From positions 1-57,555 of IMG/VR virus record IMGVR_UViG_3300044251_000011: a stretch of 57,555 nt of DNA, one strand, 5' to 3'. The DNA is from a virus. Its lineage: Duplodnaviria > Caudoviricetes. Under the pieces are notes generated by a model that had not been told where the DNA came from, searched no databases, and saw only the letters and a program-made list of their open reading frames with translations. Numbering within the stretch: position 1 is the stretch's first letter; each line of letters starts with the position of its first letter. The translations under genes and the position numbers were made by a program. This document shows, in pieces, positions 16,247 through 25,959 of this stretch.

Positions 16247-19053
16247 AGGAAGTCCTCCGGGTCGGGGGTGTCCGGCCAGGGCTGGCGGACCATCGTCACC
16301 TGGACCACCTTGGTATTCGCCACCGGGGCGCGGACGGTCCAGCCCGCCGGGGCATACCAGCCCGGCGTCCCGCCGACCGGCGAGAAGTACACCCGGTCGT
16401 TCGCCAGCATGGCCTCCAGCCGGTTGATCGCCGGGAGGCCCACGGCCGCGATGGTCAGCGTCATGTCCTCCCCGGCCAGCGTGGTGGAGACCGAGTGGAG
16501 CCCGCCGTACAGCGGGGTGTTGTCGGTGACCAGCCGGGGGAAGTCGTGCGACCGGTCGGTGGTCACGGCCATCCGGTCGGTCATCGAAGAGAGCCGGTCC
16601 AGCCCATCGTTGTACGTGAAGCTGGGCACGGTGGCGCTGGCGAAGTCCGACACCTTCAGCTCGGGCACCGGGAGCGGGCCGCCGGAGATCGTGCCGTCCA
16701 GCCGGACGAAGTGCACCTCCTTGTAGACGGGGAGGTGAGCGGCGGAGCCGGTGGTCTGAGCGCCGGTGGTCCCAACCCCGGGAGACGCGCTCGCCGTGGA
16801 GCCGCCCGAGTGGTCGTGGCTGGTCGTGGGCGAGTCGCCCAGGTCACCGAACGAGGGGGCCTCGAACGAGCCCGTGGTGGACGCGAGAACGTCGATCGTG
16901 TGGCTGTGGTTGCCGATGTCGTGGCTGTGGCTCGGGGTCGTGTGCGTGTGCGAGCTGGAGCCGCCGGTGGAGTTGATCGAGTCCGGGCCCCGGTCCCGCG
17001 CGAACCAGGTCCGCATGTCCGGCGTGCCACCGGCTCCGTTGCACAAGGTCAGGAGCGGGTCGAGCGCGGCCGTGTCCCCGACGTACAGGCCGATGATCCG
17101 GGTCTGGGTTCCCCCGCCGGTGTTGCGCAGCACCTGCAAGCGCCGGTTCGGCGGCTCCAGGTTGACCGCGTTCGTGTTGCCAGGGCTGACCGAGTTCGTG
17201 TTCCCCGTGCTGGCGCTGGCGATGTTGAGCGGGTGCGTGTGCCGGGGGAGCCAGCGCGGGGTGGAGGAGCCGGTACCCGCCTCCTGGCTGGAGCTGGGGT
17301 TCGAGAGCCCGGTGGCCCCGATCGAGTGGTCGTGGCTCACCCCGTTGTGGCTGTGCGCCGCAACCGAGTGCGTGTGCGTGGCCGCGCCGGAGTTCGTTCC
17401 GCCGTTCCCGGCCGCCGGAGCGCCCTTCAGGTAGCGGCCCGCGCTGTCCGCGTCGTTGGTCCAGCCGGACACGCTCTCGGTGGCGAACCCCAGAATGCCG
17501 GTCGCGTAGTTGGCTTGCGCGCCGTCGCTCTTGATCCAGATGACGGTCCGGGCCGGGGGGTCGTTGTTGGTCGTGCTGGTCCCCGGCGTCGCGCTGGAGG
17601 TGTTGTACGGACCGGCCGAGCCGGAGCCGGACGGCCGCGTGTGCGTGTGCGGCTGGTCGGCCTGGGGCTGGCTCGCGCCGTTGAACCGCGCGCTGGTGGT
17701 CGAGCTGTTGCTGGAGCCGGTGGAGCCCCCGATCGAGTGGCTGTGCGCCGCGATCGAGTGCGCGTGCGAGGGCACCGTGTGCGAGTGGCTGGCCGCTCCC
17801 CCGGTGACGCCGGTCGGCACGCCGGTCCCGCTCGATCCGCGCGGGTAGAACCCGTCCAGCGCGGTCACGCGGGACCAGCCGGACGGGATGCTCCCGGCCG
17901 TTCCCGGCCAGCCCAGGATCATGTCCGCCGGGATCGTGTCGGGCAGCTCCACGAACGTCGAGACGTAACCCTGGTACCGGACCCGGTACGTGATGTCGCA
18001 CGGCTCGGCTGACACTTCACAGTCAACGCCAGGCTGAGGGTCGAGCTGGGGAATCGCCAGGTCCAGGTACGAACCGCTGAGCGCGTCGGCCACCACCGCG
18101 ATCCGCTGGGAGCCGGTGCAATCGTCGCGCCAGACCTCGGCCACCACGTAATCGTTGTCCCACGCCTGGCCGCCCGGGTAGGTCCAGGAGACCCGGTACC
18201 CGCCGAACTCCGGCGTGACCGTGACCAGGGGAGGGGAGGGCGGGGGGACCGTGTTCTGGACGTTGAACGCCAGGGTCTCGGCATACTCGAACGGGTCCGC
18301 TCCCCGGATGGTCGAGCGCACCACGAACGCGGCCGTGTATGCCCCGTCGTCCAGGCCGTTGTCCACGCCGATCTCGGAGGGCGGCGCGCCGGAGCCGCTG
18401 GCCGAGAACACCGTGGCGGCCAGCGCGTCCTTGACCGTGATCGACCAGTTGAGCGCGGGGAGCCCGTCGTACGAGACCGGCCCGAAGTACATCACCGGCT
18501 GGTTCGTGTCGGTGACCGTGCCGCCGGTCTGGTCGTCGCCCGCGTTGTCCTGGACCTCGGGCGAGTAGTCCGGCCGGAACCGGCAGTCCACGTCCACGTA
18601 GCACTCGGCCGTACGGGTCTCGGTGGCGGTCACCATGTCCTCGGTCCAGCCACCCCCGATGTTCAGGTCGGAGAGCGCGCCTACCGTGGCGAGGCCGAAC
18701 GAGACAAGCTGGGTCCAGGGCGTCACCTGGTCCGCGAACACGGCCGTGACCGGGACGGTCTGATAGATGATGTAGTCCGAGGTCCCCCGGCCCAGGTCGA
18801 TGTCCTCGTTAGCCGTCCCGGCGTCGGTCCGGATGCGGATGCGGCCACGCACCTGGTGACGCTGGTACCCGGCGGCCGGGGTGTGCGGCTCCACCCGGAG
18901 ATTCCAGTTGTTGCCGGAGTCCACCGCATTGAAGTCGATGTATGTGGCGTCGGAGTTGTCCGAGGTCACAGCGGCCAGCGTCCCCGAGGGCACAGCCGTA
19001 CCCGCTCCGACCTCGCGTACCGAGACCGGCCGGAGAACGTTGGTTACCGCCAC
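16243..19053 (-). CDS. Large minor tail protein with three collar + HxH-rich repeats
   Basis: Three IP.G..W..GW / PDM motifs, each followed by four HxH; paralog of 19086..22493. Confidence 0.8.
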   Translation of the reverse strand: MAVTNVLRPVSVREVGAGTAVPSGTLAAVTSDNSDATYIDFNAVDSGNNWNLRVEPHTPAAGYQRHQVRGRIRIRTDAGTANEDIDLGRGTSDYIIYQTVPVTAVFADQVTPWTQLVSFGLATVGALSDLNIGGGWTEDMVTATETRTAECYVDVDCRFRPDYSPEVQDNAGDDQTGGTVTDTNQPVMYFGPVSYDGLPALNWSITVKDALAATVFSASGSGAPPSEIGVDNGLDDGAYTAAFVVRSTIRGADPFEYAETLAFNVQNTVPPPSPPLVTVTPEFGGYRVSWTYPGGQAWDNDYVVAEVWRDDCTGSQRIAVVADALSGSYLDLAIPQLDPQPGVDCEVSAEPCDITYRVRYQGYVSTFVELPDTIPADMILGWPGTAGSIPSGWSRVTALDGFYPRGSSGTGVPTGVTGGAASHSHTVPSHAHSIAAHSHSIGGSTGSSNSSTTSARFNGASQPQADQPHTHTRPSGSGSAGPYNTSSATPGTSTTNNDPPARTVIWIKSDGAQANYATGILGFATESVSGWTNDADSAGRYLKGAPAAGNGGTNSGAATHTHSVAAHSHNGVSHDHSIGATGLSNPSSSQEAGTGSSTPRWLPRHTHPLNIASASTGNTNSVSPGNTNAVNLEPPNRRLQVLRNTGGGTQTRIIGLYVGDTAALDPLLTLCNGAGGTPDMRTWFARDRGPDSINSTGGSSSHTHTTPSHSHDIGNHSHTIDVLASTTGSFEAPSFGDLGDSPTTSHDHSGGSTASASPGVGTTGAQTTGSAAHLPVYKEVHFVRLDGTISGGPLPVPELKVSDFASATVPSFTYNDGLDRLSSMTDRMAVTTDRSHDFPRLVTDNTPLYGGLHSVSTTLAGEDMTLTIAAVGLPAINRLEAMLANDRVYFSPVGGTPGWYAPAGWTVRAPVANTKVVQVTMVRQPWPDTPDPEDFL

Positions 19054-19085
19054 GATGCCCCCTCATTCCGAATCATGGTGACAGC

Positions 19086-22000
19086 TCATACTCCCACGTC
19101 GGCCAGTTGGGGAGCGGGCTCGGGGCCGGTGCCGATGAACTTGGCCGTGACCTGGCGGATACGGCCCACCTTGACGATCCGGACCGACTCGGCCACCGGG
19201 GCTGCCCATACCTCGTCCGCGTCGCTCGGGCTGATCAGGACCAGCGGCCGGGACAGCACCGCGTGGAGCGCGGCCAGGTCGGCCTCGTTCTCCACGGCCG
19301 CCGTCATGCTGAGGTTCCGGCCGCCCGGCTCCGCGCTGGTCACGAACCGCGAGCCCATCACGCCGTTGGCGGCCGTGAACGGCCGGTCCCGGTCCCACTC
19401 GAACCGGCCCAGCACCGCGACCCACATCGGGCCGTTCGGCCCCGTGGTGCGGATCAGGTGCTCGGCGTCGGACCAGTCCAGGCAGAACGTCTCGGGGTCC
19501 GGCGGAGGAGTCGGCTCGGCGGTCATCTGGATGAACGCCACCTCCTCGTACGGGGGCTCGGTGGTCGCGTTCGCCAAGGTGCCCGAGGTCGAACTGGCGA
19601 CCGTGGGCGTGGTGCTGTCCGAGTTCGTGGAGGAGTGCGTGTGCGTGCCGGTCGCCACGGTCACGGTGTTGGTCGTGCTGATGTTCGCCGTGGGCGCGGC
19701 GGCCGACCCGATCGCCGTGACGTGCGCGTGGCCGGTCGTCGTGTGGGTGTGCGTCGGGCTGGTGTGGCTGTGCGGGTTGAGCGAGCCGCCAGCCGTCCCG
19801 ATGCTCGCGGTTGCCCCCTTGGGGTACCGGCCGATCAGGTCCGGCGTCCCGGCGGTCCCGTCGCACAGCGCCCAGTTGTCCGGGATCGAGCCGAGCGAGC
19901 CGCGCCAGGCACAGATGATCCCCACGGGGAGGTCCGGCGCGCCGCTGGTGTTCTCCTTCACGCGGAGGTTCCGGTACGGCGGCTCGTCCGGGGTCGTGGT
20001 GCCCGAGTTGCCGGAGCCGCCGCTGGTGAGCGCCGTCGTGCTGGCCGCCGTGACGGCCACCGGGTGCGAGTGCGAGCCGGTCCACAGCGCCGGGTTGGCA
20101 CCGGCGAACAGGCTCTTGTTCGAGACCACCGAGCTGGTGGCCGGGCTCGTGTGCGTGTGGCTGGTGCCGGTGTGGTCGTGCGCGCCGATCGTGTGCGCGT
20201 GAGAGGCCAGCGCGCTGGCGGCCGTCGCTCCCCCGTTCCCGGCGGCGGCGGCCCCCTTGAAGAAGCGGCTGGCCGCGTTCGCGTAGTCGGTCCAGCCTGA
20301 CAGTGAAATGTCAGGAGCGATGACCAGCGCGCCGTCCGGGATGCCGAGGGGCGTCCCGTCCGACTCCATGTAGATCACGTCCAGGCGGGCCGGGTCGTTC
20401 GCGCCGGTGCCGATCGCCGGGGTGTTCGCGCCCGAGACCACGGTGGCGGAGTTGAGCGAGTTCCGGGTGTGCGTGTGGCTGGACAGAATCGCCGTGGTGC
20501 CGGTCGCGCCGTCCGTGCTGACCTGGGTACCCACGGCCGCGCCGCTCGCGCCGGTCATCGTGTGGACGTGGCTCGTGTCGTGGGTGTGGCTCGGCACGGT
20601 GTGCGTGTGGGTGGCCGCGCCGCCGGTCGCCCCGGGCTGGGTCGCGCTGGTCGCCACGCCCTTGGCGTACTTGCCGTCCAGCTCGGTGGTCCGGTCCCAG
20701 CCGTCCGGGATCGAGGCGTTCGTGTCCGGCCACAGGACGATGATCCCGGCCGGGATACCTGGGTCGTAGGTGTCGGACCAGTCCGAGATCCGGAGGTCGC
20801 CGTCCTCGCGGCCGATGGTGCGCGCCCGATAGTACGAACAGCACGGCTCCGGCGCGTGGTCGCACGTGAGGCCGACCCCGGACCGGGGGAGCGTGAAGTC
20901 TACGTACGAGGCGCACTCGTCGGACTCCAGCGGGCCGAGCATCGCCACGGTCACCGTGGAGGTGGGCGAGTAGATGCTGGCCGGACTGTGGACCGTCCAG
21001 GTGTTCGCCTGGCCGTCCTCGAACGAGGTCGTCCCGGAGAGGTGGCCGGAGAAGTCAGGCGACACGATCAGCGGGCCGTCGATGCCGTTGCGGACCTGGA
21101 CCGAGTAGATCCGGCCGGTCCACCGGTTCAGCGGCGTGGGGGTCATGTACGCGCCCACGACGTAGGCGGCCGTGGAGTTGAACAGGGGAGCGGGAGCGCC
21201 GCCCACCAGCGCCTCCCCGATGGCGGCCCAGGCGCTGTCCTCGGTCTCGCGGCTGGCGAACTCCACGCGCCACGCGCCGCCGGAGTCGCTGATCATCCGG
21301 GCTCGCACCTCGGCGTTGCCGAACGGGTCCACCGGGACCAGGACCGTGGAGGTGGCGAACTCCAGCGTGGACGTGCCGTCCGTGCTCCAGCCCAGGATCA
21401 GGCGGCCGTCCTCCTGGAGCGCCAGCCGCCACGCGCGCTGGTTGCCAGCGGTCAGGTAGTGGCTCGCCAGGGTCTCCTCCTGGGTCGGGAGCCAGCCATC
21501 GTCCCGGCCCGCCTTGACCACCACGTCCAGGTCCACCGGCGGGGTACCGCTCGGGGTCGGGGTGTCCGCGTAGGAATCGCCGGTGCCGACCAGCGAGAGG
21601 TATCCGCCCACCGGGCAGTCCACCCGCTGGATCTCGATCCAGCCGACCGAGCCGTCCAGCTCCTCCACGTACGGGGCGCACGCCTCGATCTCGTAGAACG
21701 GCGTGCCGTCCACCACGTCCACCGTGGGGTTGTCGGGCTTGGCTACCGCGCCCACCTGGAGGGTGAACGCCAGCGTCTCCTCGTCCGAGGGGTACGCCGT
21801 GTTCTGGCCGAGCGTGCTCCAGACCTGGAAGTGGGCCACATACGCGCCGTTGTCCAGCGGGGTGGTCTGGCGGTTGATCGCCGTACCCGAGACCACGCCG
21901 GTGTCCCAGACGATCCCGCCATTGAGCGTGACCCAGTACCGGTACTGGCGCGCGTTCAGGTCGTCCAGGTCGATCGAGGCGGCCCGGAGAACCGGCTGGG

Positions 22001-22493
22001 TCGTGTCGCTGATCGTGGTCGTGACGGTGCCGGAGCCGTCCAGGATCTGAGGCGTGAAGGTGGGAGCCTCGCGGCTGTCCACGTCCAGGTACAGCTCCTC
22101 GATCTTGACGCCGGTGGACTGGCCGGTCACATACGTGTAGAGCACGGTGGAGCCGTCCGGCGGCGCGCCGAATCCCCAGGAGCCGGTGACCGTGCTCGGG
22201 GAGGTAGGGAACTGAGCCGCCGCACCGGCGGCCAGCGCGCCCGAGCCGAGGCGGACAGCCCACCAGGCGTCCCCGTCCTCGCCGCGCGCCCGGAGCCGGA
22301 CCTGGTGCCGCCGCTCGCCCACCGGCGGAGAGTCCACCGGCGTGGCGAGGATCAGCGGCGAGCCGGAGCCGCCCCAGGTCGCGTACGTCGCATCGGAGTT
22401 GTCCGACGTGACGCCGTGGAGCGTGCCCGTGCTCGGCGTCCAGCCGACCCCCGAGGAGGTCGAGCTGGGGCGGAGCGTGGTGATCGTGCCCAT
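19086..22493 (-). CDS. Large minor tail protein with LamG-like insert and three collar + HxH-rich repeats
   Basis: Follows tape measure; LPVGIICAW..IPDNWALCDGTAGTPDL collar motif; GNQRAWRL..WTGRIYSVQVRNGIDG. Confidence 0.8.
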   Translation of the reverse strand: MGTITTLRPSSTSSGVGWTPSTGTLHGVTSDNSDATYATWGGSGSPLILATPVDSPPVGERRHQVRLRARGEDGDAWWAVRLGSGALAAGAAAQFPTSPSTVTGSWGFGAPPDGSTVLYTYVTGQSTGVKIEELYLDVDSREAPTFTPQILDGSGTVTTTISDTTQPVLRAASIDLDDLNARQYRYWVTLNGGIVWDTGVVSGTAINRQTTPLDNGAYVAHFQVWSTLGQNTAYPSDEETLAFTLQVGAVAKPDNPTVDVVDGTPFYEIEACAPYVEELDGSVGWIEIQRVDCPVGGYLSLVGTGDSYADTPTPSGTPPVDLDVVVKAGRDDGWLPTQEETLASHYLTAGNQRAWRLALQEDGRLILGWSTDGTSTLEFATSTVLVPVDPFGNAEVRARMISDSGGAWRVEFASRETEDSAWAAIGEALVGGAPAPLFNSTAAYVVGAYMTPTPLNRWTGRIYSVQVRNGIDGPLIVSPDFSGHLSGTTSFEDGQANTWTVHSPASIYSPTSTVTVAMLGPLESDECASYVDFTLPRSGVGLTCDHAPEPCCSYYRARTIGREDGDLRISDWSDTYDPGIPAGIIVLWPDTNASIPDGWDRTTELDGKYAKGVATSATQPGATGGAATHTHTVPSHTHDTSHVHTMTGASGAAVGTQVSTDGATGTTAILSSHTHTRNSLNSATVVSGANTPAIGTGANDPARLDVIYMESDGTPLGIPDGALVIAPDISLSGWTDYANAASRFFKGAAAAGNGGATAASALASHAHTIGAHDHTGTSHTHTSPATSSVVSNKSLFAGANPALWTGSHSHPVAVTAASTTALTSGGSGNSGTTTPDEPPYRNLRVKENTSGAPDLPVGIICAWRGSLGSIPDNWALCDGTAGTPDLIGRYPKGATASIGTAGGSLNPHSHTSPTHTHTTTGHAHVTAIGSAAAPTANISTTNTVTVATGTHTHSSTNSDSTTPTVASSTSGTLANATTEPPYEEVAFIQMTAEPTPPPDPETFCLDWSDAEHLIRTTGPNGPMWVAVLGRFEWDRDRPFTAANGVMGSRFVTSAEPGGRNLSMTAAVENEADLAALHAVLSRPLVLISPSDADEVWAAPVAESVRIVKVGRIRQVTAKFIGTGPEPAPQLADVGV

Positions 22494-22509
22494 TACTCAG
22501 ACCTCCCCG

Positions 22510-25443
22510 TCATCGCACCAAGGTAGCTTGCGCCAGGCGCTCCAGGACAGCCTCGGCGGCTTCCTCGCCAGCCTGGCGGCCCTGACCCTGGACCACGATG
22601 GCCCCGGCCTGGATGGTCACCAGGACGTTGGGCTGAGCGGCGCTCGCGCCGTCCCCGCCCCGTACCGGCCGCGAGCTGGTGGCCGCCGTGGTGGTGAAGG
22701 TGGGAAGGTCCCCGGTCAGGTCGGCCAGTTGCTTCTTGATCGAGCCGAACTCGGCCGCCATGCCGGTGCCGAACCCGGCGATGACCATCCGGCCGGAGTC
22801 CTCCAGGATCTTCTTGTCAACCTCGGCCGGACCCTTCCAGTCGGGGAGCATGGAAGTCAGCGAGCCCAGGAGCGACTTCACCCGGCCGAACCCAGCCTGG
22901 ATGCCGGAGATCAGGCCGTTGATGATCTGGCGGCCAGCGTTGACCAGCCAGCTACCCGCCCCCGCGAGCGCGCCCGTGACCGTGGAGCGGATCGAGGAGA
23001 TGGCGGACCGGACAGTCCCGATCGCTCCCCGGATGGCACCGACCAGCCCACTGATCAGCGAGCGCCCGGCACCGACCAGCCAGGAGGCCGCGCTGGCCGC
23101 CGCGCTGATGATGGCCGAGCGGACAGCGCCGATGGCCGAGCGGGCCGCGCCTACGCCGTTGCTGATGATCGACGCGATGAACCCGGCCATGAGCCGGGCA
23201 CCGGCCGCGATCAGCGAGCCCAGGATGGACAAGATCCCGGAGAGGATCGCCCCGTTGATCTGGGCAATCGCCCGGATGATTCCCGGGAGGTTCTGAATAA
23301 ACGCCTTGATCAGCGCCAGCATCAGCGTAGTGGCGGCGGCCTGGAGCGCCGGAGCGTTATCGCTCAGCGTCTGGACCAGCGTCGGGATAAGCGTGTTCGA
23401 GATAAAGCCGATGATCAGGTTAATGTTCTGGACCATCGCATTGACGATGGTCACGATCATATTCACACCGGCCTGAATGATGCCGGGGTTGTTCTGGAAA
23501 AACGCCGTGATCTGGGGGATCAGCGTCCCCGTGATGAACGTCGTCAACAGCCCGATGTTGTTGGACCAGGCGGTCAGCAGCGACTCGAATACCTTGATGC
23601 CAGCCTGGAGGAATTGCGGGTTGTCCTGGAACAGCTTGGTGATAGCCGGGATGATCTGGGTCGTGACCACATTCACAATGGTCCCGATGTTGTTTACCCA
23701 GCCCTGCATGAATTGCTCGATCGCCTTCAGACCCTGTTCCATCAGGGCCGGACCCTGGGTCTGGAGCGTGTTCAGCAAGGTCGGGATGACCTGGGTCTGA
23801 ATCGCGGTCACCAGCTTGGGAAGCGCGTTTCCGATCCCCTGGACGATCGCCACCAGGAGGTTGGTCCCGAGGAGCAGGAGCTGAGGGACGGCCGTGATCA
23901 GAGCGCTGATGATCTTGGGCACGGCCTGGATCAACGCGGTGTAGAGCGAGGGCAGCGCGCCCAGGACGCCCTCGATCAGGCCCTGGACCAGGCGCAACCC
24001 AGCGTCGATGATGATCGGGATCAGGCCGATGATGCCGGTCACCAGCGTGGTGATGATGTTGACCACGGCGGGGAGGAGGACCGGGAGCGCCTTCACGATC
24101 CCGTCCACCAGGCCGTTGATCAGCGCACCGGCGGCCGTGACCAGCTTGGGCGCGCTCGCCACCAGCGTGTTGACCAGCCCGGTCACCAGCGAGACAACGC
24201 CCTGGATGATCTGGGGGATGATCGTCGGGAGCGCGTCGGCCAGGCCCTCGACCATTTTCAGAATGGCGTCCTGGACCTGAGCCCGGAAAGCGATGATCTT
24301 CTGAATGATGGTCGGGAGGTTGGCGGCCAGGTACTGGATTCCCTGGGTGATCAGGTTCTGGAGAGCCGTGGTCGCCCAGTCGAACACCTCGCCCCAGGAA
24401 TCGAACCCGGTCACGAAATTGCGAATGGCGACGTACGTCCGGGCGGACCATCCGATGAACTCGCCCAGCTTGCTGATCAGGAACTGGATACCGTCGAAGA
24501 AGTCACCGAAGAACACGGCCAGCTCGGGACTGGCCGCCGCGATGTTGTCGAACATATTGCGGAGCGCGCCGCCGGTCTCAGAGAGCCCGGTGGCGAATGC
24601 CTGGAGAATGGGGCCGCTGTGCTCCACCAGGTTGACGAACCCGGGGAGTGCGTTCTCCACGAGGCCGATCAGTCCGGCGGTCAGCGGCGCGATAGCCGGG
24701 GCCAGCGCCGAGAACATCGCCTTGAGCTGAGGCGCGATCCGACCGGCCAGCTTCTCGAACTCGCCCAGCGCCTTGACCAGCGGAGCGAGGAGCGGCTGGG
24801 CGGCGGCCGTGAACTCCTTCTTGACGGAATCCATCAGCGACTTGGCCGCCGACTTCAGCGCTGGCTCCTCCTTCAGGAGCATCACGCCGAGGCCGAGCGC
24901 GCCGAGGCCCACGCCGGTGGCGATGGCCGCGCCGAGCAAGGAGCCGATGGCGGCGGCCAGCGCCGTGGCGATGACCCCCGCCATACCGATCCCCAGCGCC
25001 ACCAGCGGCACCGTGAGGAGCGGGAGCACCGCGCCCAGGCCCGGCACCAGGGCACCGGCGAACAGCTTCACAGCGGACTTGCCAGCGTCCAGGAACGCGG
25101 AGCCGAACGTCCGGCTGATCCGGTTCTTATCGACGCCCTTGTCCACGCCCTTGGAGAACTCGCGCCCGGCGGCCTGGCCGCCAGCGGCACCGGCCCGGCG
25201 GCCCTCGGCCACGAACCGGCCGTTGAGGTCGCGGAGCTTGCCGTCCGCTCCCCGGACTACGCCGTCCCCGATGTTCTCCCCGGCCTGCTCGCCGGAGCGC
25301 CGCGCCGCGTCCTGGTCCACATCGACCTTGACCGGATCGACTCGCATCCTTGACAGTGCACGGTCAAGGTCCCGTTCGGTCTGACGGGCGAAGTTGCGTA
25401 CGTCGCCCGTGACCTCTACGCGGGCCGACCCGACATCTGTCAC
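22510..25443 (-). CDS. Tape measure protein
   Basis: 977 aa, amphipathic Ala/Ile/Leu repeats, LRDLNGRFV, LPDWKGP. Confidence 0.9.
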   Translation of the reverse strand: MTDVGSARVEVTGDVRNFARQTERDLDRALSRMRVDPVKVDVDQDAARRSGEQAGENIGDGVVRGADGKLRDLNGRFVAEGRRAGAAGGQAAGREFSKGVDKGVDKNRISRTFGSAFLDAGKSAVKLFAGALVPGLGAVLPLLTVPLVALGIGMAGVIATALAAAIGSLLGAAIATGVGLGALGLGVMLLKEEPALKSAAKSLMDSVKKEFTAAAQPLLAPLVKALGEFEKLAGRIAPQLKAMFSALAPAIAPLTAGLIGLVENALPGFVNLVEHSGPILQAFATGLSETGGALRNMFDNIAAASPELAVFFGDFFDGIQFLISKLGEFIGWSARTYVAIRNFVTGFDSWGEVFDWATTALQNLITQGIQYLAANLPTIIQKIIAFRAQVQDAILKMVEGLADALPTIIPQIIQGVVSLVTGLVNTLVASAPKLVTAAGALINGLVDGIVKALPVLLPAVVNIITTLVTGIIGLIPIIIDAGLRLVQGLIEGVLGALPSLYTALIQAVPKIISALITAVPQLLLLGTNLLVAIVQGIGNALPKLVTAIQTQVIPTLLNTLQTQGPALMEQGLKAIEQFMQGWVNNIGTIVNVVTTQIIPAITKLFQDNPQFLQAGIKVFESLLTAWSNNIGLLTTFITGTLIPQITAFFQNNPGIIQAGVNMIVTIVNAMVQNINLIIGFISNTLIPTLVQTLSDNAPALQAAATTLMLALIKAFIQNLPGIIRAIAQINGAILSGILSILGSLIAAGARLMAGFIASIISNGVGAARSAIGAVRSAIISAAASAASWLVGAGRSLISGLVGAIRGAIGTVRSAISSIRSTVTGALAGAGSWLVNAGRQIINGLISGIQAGFGRVKSLLGSLTSMLPDWKGPAEVDKKILEDSGRMVIAGFGTGMAAEFGSIKKQLADLTGDLPTFTTTAATSSRPVRGGDGASAAQPNVLVTIQAGAIVVQGQGRQAGEEAAEAVLERLAQATLVR

Positions 25444-25515
25444 CCCACCAGCCTAGATGGCCGCGAGGTGTCACGTCGATCTGGAGTGAGGGGGCATCTC
25501 GTCTACGATGGCCGG

Positions 25516-25959
25516 ATGGACGTATCACGCGCACAGCTCTCGAACCTCGGGGACGAGGTGGAGCTGGTGGACCCGGGGTTCCCCTGGACCGTCCGCGTCC
25601 GGCTCTCCGAGAACGCGGACCGGCCGGTGGTGCTCGGGCTGTCCGTCCACTCACGGCCGCCCGAGGGCGAGGAGGCGGCTCCGCTCACGGCCACCGTGCT
25701 GGCCCAGATCCCGGTCCGCCAGCTCGCCAGCGTGGCAGCGAGCGCGCTCCGTGGGGAGGGCGAGGCTCAGTACAGGATGCTGGCCGCGCCGCGCCCTCCC
25801 GGTGTCAGGAGCTGGCCGCCGGATCACTTCCAGCGCGTGGCCCGCGTGGCCGCCTGGGCGCGCCAGACCGGGCGGGCTGGCGGGGCGGCTGGAGCCGTGG
25901 CTGAGTTTTGGGGCGTCCACTACCGGACGGCCCGCCGGTGGATTTCACGCCTCCCGTAG
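25516..25959 (+). CDS. Putative DNA-binding protein with C-terminal HTH, antisense within tail operon
   Basis: AVAEFWGVHYRTARRWI; TACGAT-N6-ATG leaderless start. Confidence 0.7.
   Translation: MDVSRAQLSNLGDEVELVDPGFPWTVRVRLSENADRPVVLGLSVHSRPPEGEEAAPLTATVLAQIPVRQLASVAASALRGEGEAQYRMLAAPRPPGVRSWPPDHFQRVARVAAWARQTGRAGGAAGAVAEFWGVHYRTARRWISRLP

Noticed and set aside
16243-22493. Diversity-generating retroelement acting on tail repeats
   Set aside because: No reverse transcriptase and no near-identical template/variable repeat pair differing at adenines.
22342-25353. 1003-aa plus-strand ORF and other long antisense ORFs (e.g. 273..2051, 6680..9019, 20469..22526, 52947..54866)
   Set aside because: Shadow frames of real high-GC genes; no motifs or RBS.
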